From: Lentisphaeria bacterium
GTDB lineage: Bacteria > Verrucomicrobiota > Lentisphaeria > Oligosphaerales > Oligosphaeraceae
Length of the DNA: 64,000 nt
Reading direction: 5' to 3'
Assembly: GCA_050949415.1 (NCBI GenBank)
Contig: JBMNFR010000015.1
Coordinates: forward strand, 549,093-613,092
The position numbers and the translations under genes are program-made. The notes under the pieces were generated by a model. It saw only the letters and a list, made by a program, of their open reading frames with translations. It was not told the DNA's origin and ran no database searches. Positions 60,961 through 64,000 of the stretch are shown here, piece after piece; position 1 is the stretch's first letter, and the number at the start of each line of letters is the position of its first letter.

Positions 60961-61563
60961 ACGAGGTTGCACTTTGGAAAGGACCGGAGGCAAGGGCGTT
61001 CACGTATAAATGGGGGGGACCCGCGTCAGCGGGGAGGAACCCGTTTATGCCGTGAACGCCCTTGCCGGAGGGCATTTCCAAAGTACGGCAGAGGTCGACT
61101 GCGGTTTTCCTGAAGGTCTTGTTCCCCTCTCGGAAAAGTGAAACATTATTCTTTTCCCAAACCCCAGAAGAACCGAACAACGCACGACCAATACGATCAA
61201 GGCCGACACCTCCGACGCAACTCAGTTCATGTGCATAATAGCTTGCATGATAGTCTGTAATCATTCTAATAGGTCTATTGTTGTAATCAGCCATGGGGTC
61301 TATTCTTCGCTGGGTGCCGTCAACTGGACTTGAATATCCCACCGTGTCTCCAAGCATCTCGGACAGCGATAGGCAAGAAGCCAAAAAGTTTTGCCCGGGC
61401 ATCATAGCAGATAGGTGTGTTTCAGAACTTAATTCAGCAAGGATAAAAATCAAATCAACGCGTAAATAGTCCTGCAACTTTTAGGGCACAGGATTTTGCT
61501 TTTCCCTGCACCGTTACACAATATTGGAAACATCAGAGAGCATCAGCCTGATTGACACAACAG

Positions 61564-61944
61564 CTACACGTCAATAAATCGGTAAATGCCATCATGGTTT
61601 GACATATCCATCCCCCCCGGCAGTTTCTTCATGACGTACACCATTGCCGTCACCACGCTCCCGTCAGCCAGCGTTGCGGGCACGGTTTCGCGCACATAGA
61701 GCCTCGGATAGCCTTCCAGGACATCGATCCTGGCCAGCGTCTCCGGGGTTAATTCGAGCAGTTCTGCGGTCACGTCGCGGCCGTCATCGTCCGGCACAAA
61801 GGCCGGATAGCCCCAGCCAGTGTCGTAGAGCGCGCCCTGGATCGTACAGGGCACCCTACTCCTGGCATCGGCGCCCCAGTGCTCATTGCGCTCTCCCTTC
61901 ATCAGCGTGCCGTAAACCGCAAGGCGAATCAGCTTCTCACTCAT
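61564..61944 (-). CDS. Gamma-glutamyl cyclotransferase-fold protein (AIG2/GGACT family)
   Basis: N-terminal YGTLMKG motif and a downstream LEGYP..Y.R catalytic-Glu region. Confidence 0.6.
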   Translation of the reverse strand: MSEKLIRLAVYGTLMKGERNEHWGADARSRVPCTIQGALYDTGWGYPAFVPDDDGRDVTAELLELTPETLARIDVLEGYPRLYVRETVPATLADGSVVTAMVYVMKKLPGGMDMSNHDGIYRFIDV

Positions 61945-62381
61945 TACCCGATCCTCCTTGCGGCAGATGTCCCAAAGGCATCAGGCAACCCGTGCTGCCG
62001 GACTCCAGCCGAGCAGATGCGCCGGTAGTCCTCCGGATAGGATATGCCATCACGCTGGCGCCGCGCCTCGGGCGTCATCACATAGGTAAACACCCGGTAG
62101 AACCTTTGACCGCACTGGACGCAAAAAGTGTCCCTGGTATAAATTCCTTTGGCGACACCCTCACACCGGTCCAGCCGATGCCGATCCTCATCGCTGATGC
62201 GCCACAGCACGCCGTAAACGGCGTTTCCCGGCGCTTCCTCGATGTCCGCGTACAGACGCTCCACCAGACGGTAATCGCGCAGAACTGCCGTACTGAACAG
62301 TCTTGCGCCAGGACAGCGAGCCAGCATCCTGGCGCCATAGCAGTTGCTTGCGTAGCTCAAATATAAGCTGTCCATACGCAT
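61944..62381 (-). CDS. Gamma-glutamyl cyclotransferase-fold protein (GGCT-like), second paralog
   Basis: N-terminal YLSYASNC (compare YGSN in GGCT). AVYGVLWRI ... DRCEGV..YTR. Its start overlaps the downstream gene's stop. Confidence 0.5.
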   Translation of the reverse strand: MRMDSLYLSYASNCYGARMLARCPGARLFSTAVLRDYRLVERLYADIEEAPGNAVYGVLWRISDEDRHRLDRCEGVAKGIYTRDTFCVQCGQRFYRVFTYVMTPEARRQRDGISYPEDYRRICSAGVRQHGLPDAFGTSAARRIG

Positions 62382-62692
62382 TAATCCTCCTTCTTGTCCG
62401 GTTTTTCTTTGTTATCACCATTTCCCTCCGGTTCAAAGGCAGCGTAACCGGCTGCCACCAGCTGCGACAGGAAAGCTTCTGCGGCCTCGTCGGGTTCGTC
62501 GGACAATTCTATCTGACCGGTTCCGATGCTGGCCAGGATTCTCCGCATATAGGCCACGGGGCTGGTTTCCAGGGTAAACGGGTTGATCATCATACCCTCC
62601 ACCACTTCCAGGAAGGTACTGCCGGCAAAATAGTCGCCGGTGCAGCTGACCGGCCTTCCATCTGGGCTGGTACTATGGATTCTGACTTTCAT
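62381..62692 (-). CDS. small acidic hypothetical protein (possible substrate/carrier of the adjacent amidoligase)
   Basis: Start MKVRIH with an AAGGAGA ribosome-binding site. 104 aa with a strongly acidic C-terminus (EPEGNGDNKEKPDKKED). Its stop overlaps the next gene's start. Confidence 0.4.
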   Translation of the reverse strand: MKVRIHSTSPDGRPVSCTGDYFAGSTFLEVVEGMMINPFTLETSPVAYMRRILASIGTGQIELSDEPDEAAEAFLSQLVAAGYAAFEPEGNGDNKEKPDKKED

Positions 62693-62745
62693 ATTGTCTC
62701 CTTTTCTTTGCGGTGCGGAGGGGTTTCCTCCGCACCTGGCTGTTC

Positions 62746-63642
62746 TTAGCGTCCTGCCGGGCGGCCATTCTTCCATGCTGAGCTTCCAGGCAGGTTCTTG
62801 AGGAGGTGCATCCGGGTATTTTTGAACTCTGGGCCATTCATGCCAAGGTTCAGGAGCAGTACGCGGACATCGTACTTGGCGCTGGTCTCGCTGTACTCGC
62901 GCGGCTTCTTGGTCGATGCACACTTGGCGGTGACCGCCTTGGCGGCGAGGGCGAGGGCCAGGAGGATGTTGGCTTTGGCGACTCCGGCATGGCTGACACC
63001 ATTGTAGATTCTCAGCTCAACCGTGCCGGTGCGCCACACGTTGTTAAGGTTCATACCATGGTAGCGGTGCATTTCGTAGTGGTCCGGGTGGGGATTGGCG
63101 TATCCGAACCAGGCTTTGTTGAGCTCCTCTTTGGTGGCCGGCTTGGCGGCTTCGAGGCGTTCGATGAACTCGCGGTCGGTCGGCTTGGTGTAGCGGGCGA
63201 TCCGGGTCGGCAGGGTTCCGACCGCCTTCATGATCAGGGCTTCCTGCTTGTAGTAGATTCTCGCCAGGTTGGCGATCTGGCGCGGCGTCCAGTCTCCGAC
63301 GCCGATGTGCACGTGCTGGCTGGTGCATTCCGGGGTCTCGGCGCCGGCTTTGCGCAGGGCTCTGACGATCTCCTGCAGGGTGTCCATGTCGTCGTAGCGG
63401 AGGATGGGGCTGACCACTTCAGCAGTCGTTGCGCGGTCGCCCAGGCTGCTGTCCGCGACCGCCTTCCAGACGCGGCCGTCGGGGGCGTCCACCGCCCAGG
63501 TGTCGTAGGCGCCGCCTTCGTAGCGGATGCTGCCGCCGACCACGCTCTGGATGGCCTGCGCCGCCTTCTGGCGGCTGATGTGGGTGTACTCAAGTTCGGT
63601 TCCGAAGGTCAGGTTTTGGATGGTCTCGATGGTGTTCGTCAT
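62746..63642 (-). CDS. Glutamine-synthetase-like amidoligase (carboxylate-amine ligase / GCS2-like fold)
   Basis: Start MTNTIETIQ with an AGGAG ribosome-binding site. N-terminal LTFGTELEYTHIS fits the GxExE first-strand metal motif. HVHIGVGD fits the conserved His pair of YbdK-type ligases. About 300 aa, as for the Amidoligase_2 family. Confidence 0.5.
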   Translation of the reverse strand: MTNTIETIQNLTFGTELEYTHISRQKAAQAIQSVVGGSIRYEGGAYDTWAVDAPDGRVWKAVADSSLGDRATTAEVVSPILRYDDMDTLQEIVRALRKAGAETPECTSQHVHIGVGDWTPRQIANLARIYYKQEALIMKAVGTLPTRIARYTKPTDREFIERLEAAKPATKEELNKAWFGYANPHPDHYEMHRYHGMNLNNVWRTGTVELRIYNGVSHAGVAKANILLALALAAKAVTAKCASTKKPREYSETSAKYDVRVLLLNLGMNGPEFKNTRMHLLKNLPGSSAWKNGRPAGR

Positions 63643-64000
63643 GGTCTGGCTCCTGGTGGCTGGGGTTGTGGTTGCACGCTCCTCCGTACGTTCATTACAT
63701 AAGCTGATAACAACCCTTAAGCCAGTCGGAAAGGCCAAAGAATATATCTTTAATCGACTTACTACCAGTCATTTATGTATTTTACCGTGTTTGTTTTCGG
63801 CATCACCGGACCAGAGGCGCCAGGCAGACCATTTGGGGCCGATAGCACAGGCTGTACTCATGCTTTGCTCCTTATGCTGGCCGGCGTTTTGTCAAAAATA
63901 ATGCTCTTGCAGTATTCTTAACTTACTTGCTTTTAGTTGTTTAAGTCTATTTCTTTCTTTATCCTACAGTTTAACTGAAAAATATCCTTGCACTTTGACT

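Noticed and set aside
60956-61477. 173-aa minus-strand ORF between ISL3 and the GGCT gene
   Set aside because: No ribosome-binding site or convincing start, and its 3' half coincides with long inverted repeats. It is treated as a remnant or non-coding.

Overview
This is a GC-rich bacterial chromosomal segment. Multiple H-X9-DG (DUF1559) prepilin-like paralogs plus polysaccharide lyase, GH95-like and esterase genes suggest a glycan-degrading member of the Planctomycetes-Verrucomicrobia-Lentisphaerae (PVC) group; this is inference. Coding density is high, with about 60 CDS. Housekeeping and metabolic genes include a PyrK-like oxidoreductase, a Gfo/Idh/MocA oxidoreductase, an etfB-etfA-FAD-oxidase operon (LctBCD-like), tsaB, purE, an amidohydrolase, a THUMP-domain RNA methyltransferase, the cbiM(N)QO ECF transporter, prmA, nifS/iscS, a TSUP permease, and an NfeD/flotillin pair. 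There are two tRNAs, Arg-CCT and Ala-GGC. A 4-copy tandem array and a separate 2-copy array encode H-X9-DG prepilin-like proteins; one copy is inactivated by an in-frame TGA. A tRNA-Ala-adjacent island carries a DUF2924 plus large-serine-recombinase module, an ECF-sigma-like gene, a tandem YezD-like gene and a WYL regulator. The island is abutted by an IS21-family element (istAB, 15-bp inverted repeats, no target duplication seen). An OmpR-type two-component system faces a five-gene envelope-lipid cluster: PAP2 phosphatase, PepSY-like protein with a poly-Asp tail, a metallophosphoesterase-DgkA fusion, and two sulfatase-family transferases. Downstream are an ISL3 transposase and, at the 3' edge, a translationally coupled operon of a glutamine-synthetase-like amidoligase, a small acidic protein and two gamma-glutamyl-cyclotransferase-fold proteins. 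The intergenic space is unusually structured. It holds heptamer microsatellite arrays, namely (GCCCCTC)n, which is a G-quadruplex motif on the opposite strand, (GAATTAT)n and (CATTCAG)n. These include a 440-bp composite array abutting the GH95-like start. It also holds two hairpin-rich MITE-like families and a tandem hairpin-repeat family. All calls are from reading the sequence and the ORF track; no database searches were run. My manual coordinates may be off by a base or two.
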